NCBI RefSeq assembly: GCF_006345805.1
Contig: NC_042998.1
Coordinates: 55,428,001 to 55,492,000 of the forward strand
From: Octopus sinensis
Lineage: Eukaryota
DNA: 64,000 bases
Direction of reading: 5' to 3'
Position numbers and translations under genes: made by a program. The notes beneath the pieces were generated by a model that saw nothing but the letters and a program-made list of their open reading frames with translations, was not told the origin of the DNA and did no database searches. This document shows, one piece after another, positions 1 through 12,242 of the stretch; positions within the stretch are counted from its first letter, which is position 1, and each line of letters starts with the position of its first letter.

Positions 1-2
1 TG

Positions 3-161
3 CGGATTTCCCTTAAGAGGCAGTTCAAATGTAGTCGTTTTAGTAGCAAAGAGCGAGAACGTATCGCAGAGGGTCCCCGACTCGCTTACGGAAAACGACT
101 TATAGGCCGGATTCCAAAAGTGGCAGGAACGCCAGGATCAGTGTATTGCAGCGCATGGTAA
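3..161 (+). CDS. Possible coding-exon fragment running in from the window edge (unknown product)
   Basis: Frame 3 is open from 3 to TAA at 159-161 (RISLKRQFKCSRFSSKERERIAEGPRLAYGKRLIGRIPKVAGTPGSVYCSAW). It is GC- and CpG-richer than its flanks and has a possible donor ATG|GTAACT at 158. No homology recognised. Confidence 0.25.
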   Translation, partial: RISLKRQFKCSRFSSKERERIAEGPRLAYGKRLIGRIPKVAGTPGSVYCSAW

Positions 162-298
162 CTATTTTGAAGGAGATAATGTTTAAAACTTAAGTCAAAA
201 GTTATTTTTTTTATTAAATTTAAATAGTCCAGGAATTGTTTGATACCACCTCTTATATACATATGCAGATACATATATATATAAAGAGAGAGAGGGGG

Positions 299-362
<64 letters not shown>

Positions 363-363
363 T

Positions 364-407
<44 letters not shown>

Positions 408-408
408 G
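299..408 (+). repeat. (AGAT)n microsatellite
   Basis: Direct reading; it generates the false IYLS ORF 195-461. Confidence 0.98.
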
Positions 409-672
409 TTGATAGATATTTCGATGCGAATGGTTTTGTTATACGGTGCCGTGTTTTTCAATCATACAAAAACTAATAAAGGTATCTATATATATATATA
501 TATAGGCATGTATGTATACACATGTATGCACATATACACACACACATATATATGTATATATATATTTATATATATATAAATATATCTAATAATATATATC
601 AAATATGAAGGTCACAGCTAGCTCTCAGAGCGCACATTACCGTATGGTGCCATATATTGATGATACCAGAAG

Positions 673-724
<52 letters not shown>

Positions 725-839
725 GTGTAGAGAGAGAGAGGAGGGGGAGGTGTGTATTCATATATGTTTCATGAAAATGCATATAGTTGAATATATACTT
801 ATAAATATATTCGTACATGTAAATATATATATATATATA

Positions 840-1050
840 TTTCAAAATGTGACCTCGTGTGTACCGTTGGCTATTTTTTTCCTCTGTCTCCCTTCTCTGG
901 ATCTTTCTTTCTCCTATGTTTCCGACAAAGAGCTCCACTCGAAACGTTAAACCCTCTTTCTTTCCTTCTTTCCTGATCGTCCAATAATATTATATTTGTT
1001 CCACGTCCTCGCGTTGTTGTTTTTTTTGTGCTTTCTTGTTTGGATTACCT
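840..1050 (+). mobile_element. Short dispersed repeat (HHR family A, Penelope pLTR-like) with decayed minimal hammerhead
   Basis: Homologous to 3825-4020(-) and 1200-1300(-); contains GTTT-CCGACAA-A-GAGC-TCC-ACTC-GAAA-CG-T-T-AAAC at 918-952. Confidence 0.7.
918..952 (+). ncRNA. Decayed minimal hammerhead ribozyme motif
   Basis: Stem I GTTT/AAAC, core CCGACAA (two changes from CUGACGA), stem II GAG/CTC, GAAA, palindromic ACGT stem III, GUU cleavage triplet. Confidence 0.6.
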
Positions 1051-1148
1051 TTATATATATATATATATATTTATATATTTTTTCAATTTCTCATTTCATT
1101 AAAATTTTCTTTCAATTTAGCATTCTGCATTTTTACAATTTTTCCTTG

Positions 1149-1199
<51 letters not shown>

Positions 1200-1201
<2 letters not shown>

Positions 1202-1300
1202 GGTTAATCCAACAGGAAAACACAAAGAAAAACACAACAACGCGAGGGCGTGGAACAAGTATAGTGTTATTGGACGCTCAGGAAAAGAAAGAAAGAAGGA
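1200..1300 (-). mobile_element. Partial inverted copy of HHR family A repeat (3' part)
   Basis: Reverse complement matches 955-1050 (ttcctgagcgtccaataa...gttccacg.cctcgcgttgttg...ttggatta). Confidence 0.75.
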
Positions 1301-2111
1301 TATATATATATATATGTATACACACACGCATATATATATGTGTAGATGTGTGTGTGTCTGTGTATAAATGTATATATACGTATATATACAGATATATATT
1401 TATATGTTTACATATATATATATAAATATTAATACATTTATAGACACAAATATATATATAAATATACATATATATATGTATATATATGAATATACACATA
1501 TATATGTGTATGTATGTATGAATGTATATATGTATGCATATTCGTATACATATATACATATTTATGTATAAAATTTATATGTATTTATATTCATATATAT
1601 AAATATACAGGCATGTGAGATGCAAACAGGAAAAATAGAACTCAAAATATGAGCACATGTATATTTTTATTAATATATAGCATCAGCAACAGAGTGACTC
1701 AAGATATGAGTGTTTCGTGTATTGGCACTTATTATATGTATATACATTTGTATATATGTATACATATATTAATATACATACATTTACATATATTTATTTC
1801 TATGTATATATATATATATATATATATAGTAATAGAATAATTACTATGAAGCATTGTGTAGAATATATAGTATAAAAGATCGTGGGTAAGGCCAAAACAA
1901 TGCGAAGTAAATGGAAGGTAAATCACACGAAAAAATATGTGAATTAATGTAGATTTACCTTATATTCAATATTTGGGGTTATGGCTTCATTTTCAAGAAA
2001 TTGACGAACGTTGCCGTTGAGCGAGTGGGTGAGTTCATATACTTGTTTTCTTGTGATTTACCTACATTTACTTCGCATTGTTTTGGCCTTACCCACGATC
2101 TTTTATACATG

Positions 2112-2149
<38 letters not shown>

Positions 2150-2175
2150 CTGTGTGTGTGTGTATGCACATGTGA

Positions 2176-2460
2176 AGACGCATGGCTTAGTGGTTAGGGT
2201 GTTGCACACACGATTGTGAGATCATGGGTTCGATCCCCAGACCGGGCGTGTATTGTCATCTCAAAGCACTTTGTTTCACGGTGCTCTGCGATCATTTCGA
2301 CAGCTAACATGTGAACATGTGGAACCCTGTTGCACCTGTACAGGTAATGTCGAGTTGATGGAGGGAGTGAGATTATGTCTACGCAAACAATTGGCTACAA
2401 ACAAATCATGTGTGGTTGTTCAGTAAGAAATTATCGAACCCTCATACGTTGTCTAACGCC
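2176..2460 (+). mobile_element. tRNA-derived SINE, family B (tail type shared with 49400-49570)
   Basis: A box TGGCTTAGTGG, B box GGTTCGATCCC; body homologous to other family B copies. Confidence 0.85.
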
Positions 2461-2547
2461 GGGTGAGTTCGTCATATACGTATATATATATGTGTGTGTG
2501 TATACATGAGACCATGATAATACTGAATACATAATATAGAGATTCTT

Positions 2548-2745
2548 AAGGTGGTGGGCTGGCAGAATCGTTTGCACGTCGGACGAAGTAGTTATTGGTA
2601 TTTTGCCTGGCGCTGCGTTCTGATTTCAAATTACGCTGAGGTCGATTTTGCCTTTCATCCTTTCAGGATTGATAAATTAAACACCACCGAAACACTGAGG
2701 TCGATATCATCTACAACTCCCCTCCCCACAATTGTGAAGCCTTGT
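2548..2745 (+). mobile_element. SINE family C, diverged
   Basis: Homologous to 16518-16735 (ggcagaatcgtt...gaggtcgattttgcctttcatcctttc). Confidence 0.8.
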
Positions 2746-3321
2746 GCCTTTAGAAATGTTAATATAGAGATGGCTCTTATATATATATATATATATATGC
2801 ATACATGGTTATAGGACGTCAAAAGCACGTGAACAAAACTCGGAGTAGACAAAACAGGGGACAACTGACGAAGGGTATGTTCTTTATGTTGCCTGTCTCA
2901 TTTCTCTATTTCTTTCTTTCCTTCTGCGAAAAAAAGTTCGTTTTCTATGTTTTTGTTTTTTATGTTCTCGTTTCTCATTTTGATCAGTTTTTTTTTGGTG
3001 TGCTGTACCCATATATTCATGTATACATAAATACATATGTAGGTACGTACATATATGTATCTATATATGCATATATTTATATATTATTTATTTTATTATA
3101 TGATCGAACGCCACGCATCTATTTCCAAGTAAATTATATACATATATAGCTCTGGCTATAGTAGAAGGCTCTTACCCATGGTGATATGCAGTGGGATTGA
3201 ACGCAGAAATTTGAATTTAGAAAACTAGCTTCTAACCACACAGTCAATCCAACGCCTATGTATATATTTATATATATTTATATGCAGGTATACGTATATA
3301 TATATATGTATGCATGTATGT

Positions 3322-3372
<51 letters not shown>

Positions 3373-3517
3373 TGATAGATATACGTATATGTATATAGTT
3401 ATATACATGTATATATACATGTGTATACATGTTATATATATCTCCGTGTATATGCATATACATATAATTTAAGTATATATTACACGTGTGTGTGCGCGCG
3501 CGTGTTGTCTATATATG

Positions 3518-3595
<78 letters not shown>

Positions 3596-3824
3596 TTATG
3601 TACATCTGTATATACATATGTATACATACACACATATATGAAATTAATATATATGGTCATTCCTTTTTTTCCCCAAAAAATGCAAAAAAAATATGACCAA
3701 CCCGAAATTCAACATCTGTTTCAACACACGATTTTGCATCAGGAATCTTGCAAAACGAATTAATAAACGTGCGTGTGTGTATGTATATATATGTATATAT
3801 GTATGTATGTATATATATATATAT

Positions 3825-4013
3825 AGTTAATCCAAACATAAACAAGCATAAAAAAACAACAACGCGAGTACAGTGTTATTGGACGCTCAGCTAAGGAAAG
3901 AAAAGAAAGAGGAATTCGCGTTTTGTGCGGAGCTCTTAGTCAGAAATATAGAAAAAGTCCAAAGAATAGAAGAGGGAGAAAGAAAATTGCCAACGATACA
4001 CACGATGTCACAT

Positions 4014-4020
<7 letters not shown>
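3825..4020 (-). mobile_element. HHR family A repeat with decayed hammerhead at 3913-3947
   Basis: Minus strand reads ATTT-CTGACTA-A-GAGC-TCC-GCAC-AAAA-CG-C-G-AATT; flanks homologous to 840-1050. Confidence 0.65.
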
Positions 4021-4052
<32 letters not shown>

Positions 4053-4199
4053 TGTGTGTATATATATATATATTTATGTATGTATATGTATATATATATG
4101 TGATATATATATATATATGTGTATATATTTATATATATATATATATTTCGTTTTTGGATTTGGCTTGCAAGATTCTATATACGAGTTCGTGTGTTGAAG

Positions 4200-4636
4200 C
4201 ATATTCTGTTGTGTCTGGGGAGAGTCATTCTCTTTAATGCCTTATTATTTAACACACTCACCGGTAAAATTTCCACTTATTTCTTATTTTTATTTTCTAA
4301 AATTTTCGTTGCGTCTTGCAACCTTTTCAATAGTCTTGGGCAAGTGTCTTCTACTATAGCCTCGGGCCGAACAAAGCCTTGTGAGTGGATTTCGTAGACG
4401 GAAACTGGAAGAAGCCCGTCGTATATGTATATATATATGCATGTGTATATGTGTGGATATATTTGTATGTCTGTGTTTGACTACCCAACATCGCTTTCAA
4501 GAATATTGAAAAGGTTGCAAGACGCAACGAAAATTTTAGAAAATAAAAATAAGAAATAAGTGGAAATTTTACCGGTGAGTGTGTTAAATAATAAGACACT
4601 AAAAGAGAATGACTCTCTCCAGACACAACGGAATAT
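4200..4636. repeat. ~132-bp inverted repeat enclosing an internal SINE family A fragment
   Basis: Arms 4201-4332 and 4504-4636 are reverse complements with about four differences; the spacer 4333-4503 is SINE body sequence. Confidence 0.92.
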
Positions 4637-4654
4637 GTATATATATACATACAA

Positions 4655-4709
<55 letters not shown>

Positions 4710-4710
<1 letters not shown>

Positions 4711-4848
4711 CAGTCGAAATTGCTACGATAATCCGGTTCTTGACTGAAGATTGAGGGCTTCGAATGTCCCGTGCGTGTTTTTTGTATCGTCTTCTAAGTG
4801 TTTTGCGTTCTTGTCCCAGTTTGTATTTTTCTACATATAATAATAATA
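4710..4848 (+). repeat. Dispersed repeat; partial copy of 51830-52305
   Basis: cagtcgaaattgctacgataatccggttcttgactgaaga...ttttctacat matches 52170-52305. Confidence 0.85.
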
Positions 4849-4914
4849 TATATATATATACATACTATATACATATATACATACATACATATTTGTGTGT
4901 GTGTGTGTTCGCGT

Positions 4915-5060
4915 GCAAGCATGGCTGTGTGGTAAGAAGCTTGATTCCCAACCATATGGTTCCGGTTTAAGTCTCACTGCTTGGCATCTTGGGCAAGTGG
5001 CCTCTACTTTTCCCTAGGGCTGGCCAGAGCCTTGAGATTGGATTTGGTAGGCAGAAATTG
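4915..5060 (+). mobile_element. SINE family A, 5' half, diverged
   Basis: ggctgtgtggtaagaagctt...cttgggcaagt...ggatttggtagg. Confidence 0.8.
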
Positions 5061-5109
5061 CTTTTGTTTAATTATAATAAAGAGAATTTTGTATTAACCT
5101 GATGATTTA

Positions 5110-5149
<40 letters not shown>

Positions 5150-5289
5150 TTATCTATCTACTATCTATCTATCTATATATATATATATATATATAATATA
5201 TATATTATATATTATATATTATATATATATATATATATATATTATACATACATACATACTACATACATACATATATACATACATATACG

Positions 5290-8200
5290 TACACCTCACC
5301 TCGATACTCCTACTGAACATCAGAGGACTGCAAACACTCAGTAACAGGACAAAGATCCCGTTCCTGAGAGACTTTGTTGCATGCAATCAAGCCTTATGCA
5401 TAGCACTTACAGAAACGCACCTGAAACCGGACATAGCAGATGCGGAGTTACACATACCACAGTATGCTGTACTACGGACCGACAGGAAAGAAAGGAGTCA
5501 TGGAGGTGTTGCTATGTACATCCGTGAGGACCTCACACCCCAGGTCCTCTTGTCATACTCAAACTCGGTGTGTGACACACTAATTGTACATATTAGGCAA
5601 CTTGATGTAGTTGTGTGTGCTACATATTGCCCTCCAGATGCCCCAAGCCATGTGGGCAAGTTTGAAGACTGCTTTATAAAAATAGAAGAAATTCTAACCA
5701 CATTAGAACAACACATAGGTGTGCTTCTTATGGGAGACTTCAATCTGCCCAATGTCAGATGGCCCGAGGGCCTTTCTCTCCCAGGAATGACAAGATGTGA
5801 ACGAGGACAGGCGAGGTCCCTCCTGAACCTCATCAACACCTGTACATGGAGCAGGTAATACTCCAACCAACCAGGGCAGGTAACACACTGGATCTCTGCT
5901 TCACAAATGACATGGATCTCATCCATAATGTGAAAGTGACACCGACACTACTCTCGGATCACAACATGATAGAGCTGACCATGTACGGGCCAAAAGAGAG
6001 CACGGACATGCAGCCTACAAAAAACCCTCAAAATCTTTCCAGCTTGAACTACCATAAGGCAAACTGGAAAAAAATGAGAAAGAGATCCTCAAACAAAAAT
6101 GGCCTAAATGTCTCTCCTCGCCAGACATCGACGTGAAACTTCAACAAAACATGTCTGTAATGCAAGCCATATGCTACAAATGTGTCCAGAGAGAAAGGCC
6201 ACTGTACACAAGAACAAAATCCCCAGAGAGAGGAAAATTTAATGAGACGGCGTACGAAATTTTCAAATCGCCTAAACAAACAGATTGAAAGCAGTGAAAA
6301 GTCCCGCCTAAAAATAAAACTGTTGGAAATCGAAAAATGTCTGCACTCTCCCATGATGAAAAGAAAGAGCAGACAAAGAAGCCTGGGCTATAGAAAACAT
6401 AAAATCTAACCCAGAGCTTTCTACAGGTATGCCAAAGAAACAGCTACAGTGCACTGTAGAATAGGGCCACTCCTCGAAAAGGATGGCACACTTACAGGAA
6501 ACCAATGAGGGTAAGTGAAATAATGAATGAGCAATTCAAGAGTGTTTTCACTCCACCCCTTGGGCATCTCCAAATCACCAATCCAACTGACTTTTTACCA
6601 CTGCAGATATAAAATCAGAGGCCGGCGACGATAGATTACATCGATATAAAGGAAGACGATGTAACCAAGGCTATAGATGAAATGAAAACAGACTCAGCTA
6701 CTGGCCCCGATGGACTCCCGGCAATCCTCCTAAAAGCATGTAAGAGAGTCCTAGCAAGACCACTGCAGTTCCTCTTCAGAGCTTCCTTGCAGCTGGCAAA
6801 CTTCCAGGAAAACTGAAGGAAGGTAAAATATGCTCCATTCATAAAGGAGGTAGCAGAACGGAAGCCAAGAGAACTATAGACCTATCTCTCTGACCTCACA
6901 CATCAGCAAGGTCATGGAACGAATAGTCAGAAGGAAGCTGATCACCTTCCTTGAAGAGAATGACTTGCTGCCCGACACCCAACATGGTTTCCGACCAGGG
7001 AGAAGCTGTTTAACTCAGCTCCTACAACACTATGACTGGGTGCTGAAACGGCTGCTCAACCACAAATGTGGAAGGATATATCTCGACTTTGCAAAGGCCT
7101 TTGATAAAGTCGATCATGGAATGATATGTCACAAACTGCGTGATCTCAACATAGTTGGAAAACTGGGAGAATGGCTTCATGACTTTCTGAAGGATAGAAG
7201 TCAGGTGGTAGTAGCCAATGGGGCCACCTCCATTAACACACAAATAGTGAGCGGTGTTCCGCAGGGCACTGTTCTGGGACCACTACTGTTCATAATGGCC
7301 CTCTCAGACATGCCCTCAGCCACGCAGAGAGCCACGATCACAAGTTATGCAGATGATACAAAAGTTTCACAGGCAATACAGAACCCTGAGGACACTAAAC
7401 ACCTGCAATGTGAGCTGGACGAAATATACAAGTGGGCTGAAAAGAATAGCATGCAGTCAATGCTGGAAAGTTTCAAGCTTTATGCTATCAGCATGCAAAC
7501 TGAATGCAATACCCAATGAATACACTGGACCCGGAGGATTGCAATCCCAGAGGCACAATCAGTGCGTGACCTGGGTATTCACATGAGTGATGACGCGACC
7601 TTTCATGTACATGTTGCTAAACTGACAATGAAATGTAGACGGCTGGCTGGATGGATTCTTAGAACCTTTAGAACAAGAGAACAAGAAACCATGATGGTCC
7701 TCTGGAAGACACTTGTCCTAAGCCACTTTGACTATTGCTCTCAGCTATGGTCACCCCAGTGTCAAGTTGATCACAGAACTTGAGGCGATCCAACGAAGCT
7801 ACACAAAGAAGATAGCCTCTATGCAGAATGTAAGCTACTGGGAAAGACTCAAGAGATTAAAATTATATTCCCTGGAGCGTAGGCGGGAAAGATATGCCAT
7901 AATATACATCTGGAAGATCCTGGAGGGAAGTGTCCTGAACTTTGGCATCGAGAGTTACGCAAATGCCAGAACTGGGCGCCACTGCGTGGTGCCTAGGACT
8001 CCAAACCTGCCATCAAGATGTAGGACAAGATTCTGTGATAGCCTGGGTTTCCGAGGCCACAGCTCTTCAATATCCTCCCGAAGAACCTGAGAGACCTGCA
8101 TGGGGTGGATACAGATGTCTTTAAAATGAAGCTGGATCTCTTCCTGTCAGGTGTCCCAGATGAACCAACTTCACGGCAGGAGGGGCAGATGAGGGCCAGC

Positions 8201-8343
8201 TGCATCGAACTCTTCATGCACAAATAGCAGTTGCTAGAAAACCTCCATGAAGTGAAACCAAGTAGCAACACCAAATGGCGGTGCCCCAGCATGGCCACAG
8301 CTCATAAGCTGAAACTAGAATCAATCAATCAATCAATCAATCA
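5290..8343 (+). mobile_element. CR1-clade LINE, near-complete ORF2 (APE endonuclease + reverse transcriptase), frameshifted, 5'-truncated, (TCAA)n tail
   Basis: APE motifs LNIRGL, ALTETHL, RTDRKERSHGGVAMYIRE, MGDFNLP, LDLCFTN; RT motifs QHGFRPGRSCLTQLL, YLDFAKAFDKVDH, SGVPQGTVLGPLLF, SYADDTK; CR1-type C-terminus YSLERRRERY; 3' UTR ends in TCAA repeats at 8319-8343. Confidence 0.96.
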
Positions 8344-8387
8344 TATTATATATATATATATTATATATATATATATATATTATATTC

Positions 8388-8790
8388 TTACTCTTTTACT
8401 TGTTTCAGTCATTTGACTTCGGCCATGCTGAAGCACCGCCTTTAGCCGAGCAAAACGATCCCCGATCTTATTCTTTGTAAGCCTAGTACTTTCTATCGGT
8501 CTCTTTTGCCGAACCACTAAGTTACGGGGACGTAAACAAACCAACATCGGTTGTCAAGCGATGCTGGGGAGTCAAACACAGACATACAAATATATACACA
8601 CATATAAACATGCATATATATACATATACGAGGGGCTTCTTCCAGTTTCCGTCTACGAAATCCACTCACAAGGCTTTGGTCGGCCCGAGGCTATAGTAGA
8701 AGACACTTGCCCAAGGTGCCACGTTGTGGGACTGAACCCTGTAGCATGTGGTTGGTAAGCAAGTTATTTACCACACAACCACTCTTGTGC
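8388..8790 (-). mobile_element. SINE family A, full length, tail-to-tail with the CR1 LINE
   Basis: Both halves and the 3' tail (gcggtgcttcagcatggccgaagtcaaatgactgaaacaagtaaaag) are present on the minus strand. Confidence 0.92.
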
Positions 8791-8831
8791 GCGAACAGAC
8801 ACACACAGACACACACACACATATATGTATA

Positions 8832-8891
<60 letters not shown>

Positions 8892-9056
8892 ATTATATAT
8901 ATGTATGTATGTATGTGTGTATATATATATATATATATATCTTGCAGTACAAATTTCTTCTTCTAAATAGGAATGTTGTTGACTGTGACTTCAATGAAGA
9001 CGAATAAATATGCATGAACACACACACAAACACACCACACATACTATATTAATATA

Positions 9057-9091
<35 letters not shown>

Positions 9092-9259
9092 AATGTATAC
9101 TTAACTCAAATTTGCCTACAAATGTAGAATGCAAAGTTTAGCAACAGCTATTAGCTATCTGATGCCATGATACAGAGGAAATGTTCCTGCTACTGGATCT
9201 ATATCAGGAATCCCATATTATCGTAAACTTTATGTAAATAGATAAACAATTTCAAATCA

Positions 9260-9715
9260 CTACAATTGTTTCGAAATATTTTCACACACGTAGTGCATTG
9301 GTGAGCTGTTCTATAATCATTATCACGTATCCAAGGTTTAAATTGTGCCTCCTGTAATGATTGTTTAAATAAGTCCTTCCTTATCCTACTGTCATTTCAC
9401 TCCCTGTGAGAATGCATATCAAAACTTCTGTGTGATTTTCAGCAGTTTATGAACAAAACTGAATCCGTACATACACTGACATACAATTATGATTAAACAG
9501 CAAAATACACAAATATAAAAATGGACAAACTAACAAAAATAAAAACTGCTGAAAATGACGCATCGCTTTGGATATCCATTCTCACGCAGACTGAAACGAC
9601 GGTAAGAATGTAACAAAGGACTTATTGAAATAGTCACATGGGATGCATGATAATGATTACACAACATCTGACCAATGTACAACATGTATAAAAACGTAAC
9701 AAGACGATTGTAGTA
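9260..9715. repeat. Old diverged inverted repeat (foldback/MITE-like)
   Basis: Minus arm ~9260-9460 aligns by eye with plus arm ~9541-9715 (aactgctgaaaat...cattctcac...aaggacttatt...gataatgatta...accaatg...attgtagt). Confidence 0.75.
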
Positions 9716-9780
9716 TTAGTAGATAAGGAATGTCGTTCATTCAAATTTCTGTCATCTAATTTATCTACGCACCCGCGAAC

Positions 9781-9833
<53 letters not shown>

Positions 9834-9864
9834 TCACACACAAACACATATATATGTATGTATG

Positions 9865-9920
<56 letters not shown>

Positions 9921-10013
9921 CATACATGAATATATATGTATACATGAATATATATGCATATATTTTTAATATAATATATATGCGTGTATTTATATTTATA
10001 TATAATATATATA

Positions 10014-10073
<60 letters not shown>

Positions 10074-10244
10074 CATGTATCGTTTATATACATATGTATA
10101 GCTATGTACGTATAAAAATTCATATATGTGTGTATGTGTACATATGCATATGTATTATTTATATAACATATATGTCTGTTTATGTATGTAGACAAAGATA
10201 GACAGGCAGACAGATAAATAGATAGATGAATGGATGGATGGATG

Positions 10245-10314
<70 letters not shown>

Positions 10315-11146
10315 AAAATTATATTAGGACTTACGTACCGTTTACGTTCAACGAATTTCACTCACAAGCCATTGGTCGACTCGACAGTTTGGTGGAATAC
10401 GCTCGTCCAAACAGATTCGTAATGGGATAAAATCCAAAACCATTATCATCCACTCGGTTATTTCCCTGCTTATTTTTTATCAACATATATGTAGGCAAAC
10501 CACTTCGAGATTACAAAAGCGGAGAAAAGTCAAAGAAATTCTAACATTTCCTAACTGAGTGAAATCATAACGTCTTTGTACTTTATATAAGAAAGAATCT
10601 GGAAATTGAAAAGTTAATCTGAAATACTATATCACAAGTAATAATAATAATGACTACGATAATAATAATGACGATGATGATGATGTTTCAGAGAAACAGA
10701 CTTTATAATGAAGTATAATTTAGTAGCATGTTATAATTATAAAACGTAATCAAAAGTTCTTTGCATATCAATCTTGTATAATGTACACTGTAAGCCATAG
10801 GCTTAAGTTTAATTGGAAATTTTGTTTTCGCATTTTGTTAAATAAGTTCTCTCAAAGAACAGAGTTAAATCCTACATTTCTTTTATGATCTCGACTATTA
10901 AATTGATGCCCGTACTTGATCGATATCTTATTTAACTATATTAACCACGGAAGGTATAAAAGGTAAAACTTACTTCAGTGAAATTTATTCTGAGTGTAAA
11001 GAGCCATAACTACAGGTGGCAGTTATTTTGTCTGATATTCAACCGATTCTGCTATTCAGTTTCGCCTTTATATGATGCATTTTGGGAAGTGTAAGAAAGA
11101 GGGAAACAAGGGAAGTAATCCTGACTAAATCGCCACAAAACAAATA

Positions 11147-11306
11147 CAGACATACCTCAACTTATGCCCTTTTGTTTTATGTCGCTTTCCCAGTTACATC
11201 GCACGTCTTCGAACCAGCTACCTTGTTATGTCGTTTTTCGAATTACATCGCATGTGTTGGAACCACCTAGATACAGGCATACCTCAAAATAGTTGAGGTA
11301 TGCCTG
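11147..11306. mobile_element. Tigger/pogo-like non-autonomous DNA transposon (MITE)
   Basis: TA-CAGACATACCTCAA ... TTGAGGTATGCCTG-TA; the terminus resembles the Tigger TIR start CAGGCATACCTC; TA on both sides. Confidence 0.75.
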
Positions 11307-12084
11307 TATCTATTTTTTCGTTTCATTATTAAATACGCACACAGCACTCATGTAGCTTAGAGGGATTTCTCCGAGACTATTTTTATTTGAAACAGCAACA
11401 GAGCTAGCGCAATAATGTTTATCTAAATGCAGTCACATTCAACATTTCATAGTTACCACCACCAAAACTGCAGTGAAAGGAGTATTTGGTAGCCCTAAAC
11501 ATGAACTCACTGCAGAGAAATCGAACCCAGATCACTATGCAAAAGCAGCAAAACATCACAAACGCAACTCACACAGTTATTGCTAACATCAGCAATCACT
11601 GACTACTCCCATCTCGTGTAATACAGTTCCACCTTTTGGTGCCCTTTTCATTTTGAAAGAATAGCTTTATATAGATCTGTTTTTCTACTAAGCAGTATTG
11701 TCTGTATGAGAGTAGTGGCGCACTCTTTAGTTCAGTCAACTGCGAATATGGCTATAGCAGTTAAGAGGATGGCACAGCTAAAATCACCTAGCAACTAGAA
11801 TCATCCAATGAAGGCTACTGTAACTATCTAGACCTGCAAAATCATCTCAAGTTGGTGAATTCTTGTAACTTGGTGTAAGCATTTTTCTGTCGTTGGACGT
11901 GACAACAATACATCGTTTATTTTTAGCGATAAAATAAATAATTTTGTATCTAAAATTTCAAATGGAATTTGTGTACTTGCTTAAACGATATCAGATTAAC
12001 TCAACAAAATCGTTTCATTGGTACAATAAAACAAAATGGGATAAGTATTCTTCCTGAGTTTCTGTGACGTTGTATATTCCCCGC

Positions 12085-12242
12085 TGAACGGGACGTCGGT
12101 CCGTAGGAGAAATACTCATTTTTGCCCGCTGAGTGAACTGGAGCGACGAGAAATGAAGTGTTTTACTGAAGAACACAACGCATCGCACGTTCCACAATCT
12201 TACGATGATGAGTTCAACACTAACCACAAAACCACGCTACTC
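12085..12242 (-). mobile_element. SINE family B, diverged with internal deletion
   Basis: Homologous to 61708-61880 in reverse complement. Confidence 0.75.

Noticed and set aside
2835-2895. CTGACGA in a repeat-like segment
   Set aside because: No GAAA follows stem II and there is no workable type II arrangement.
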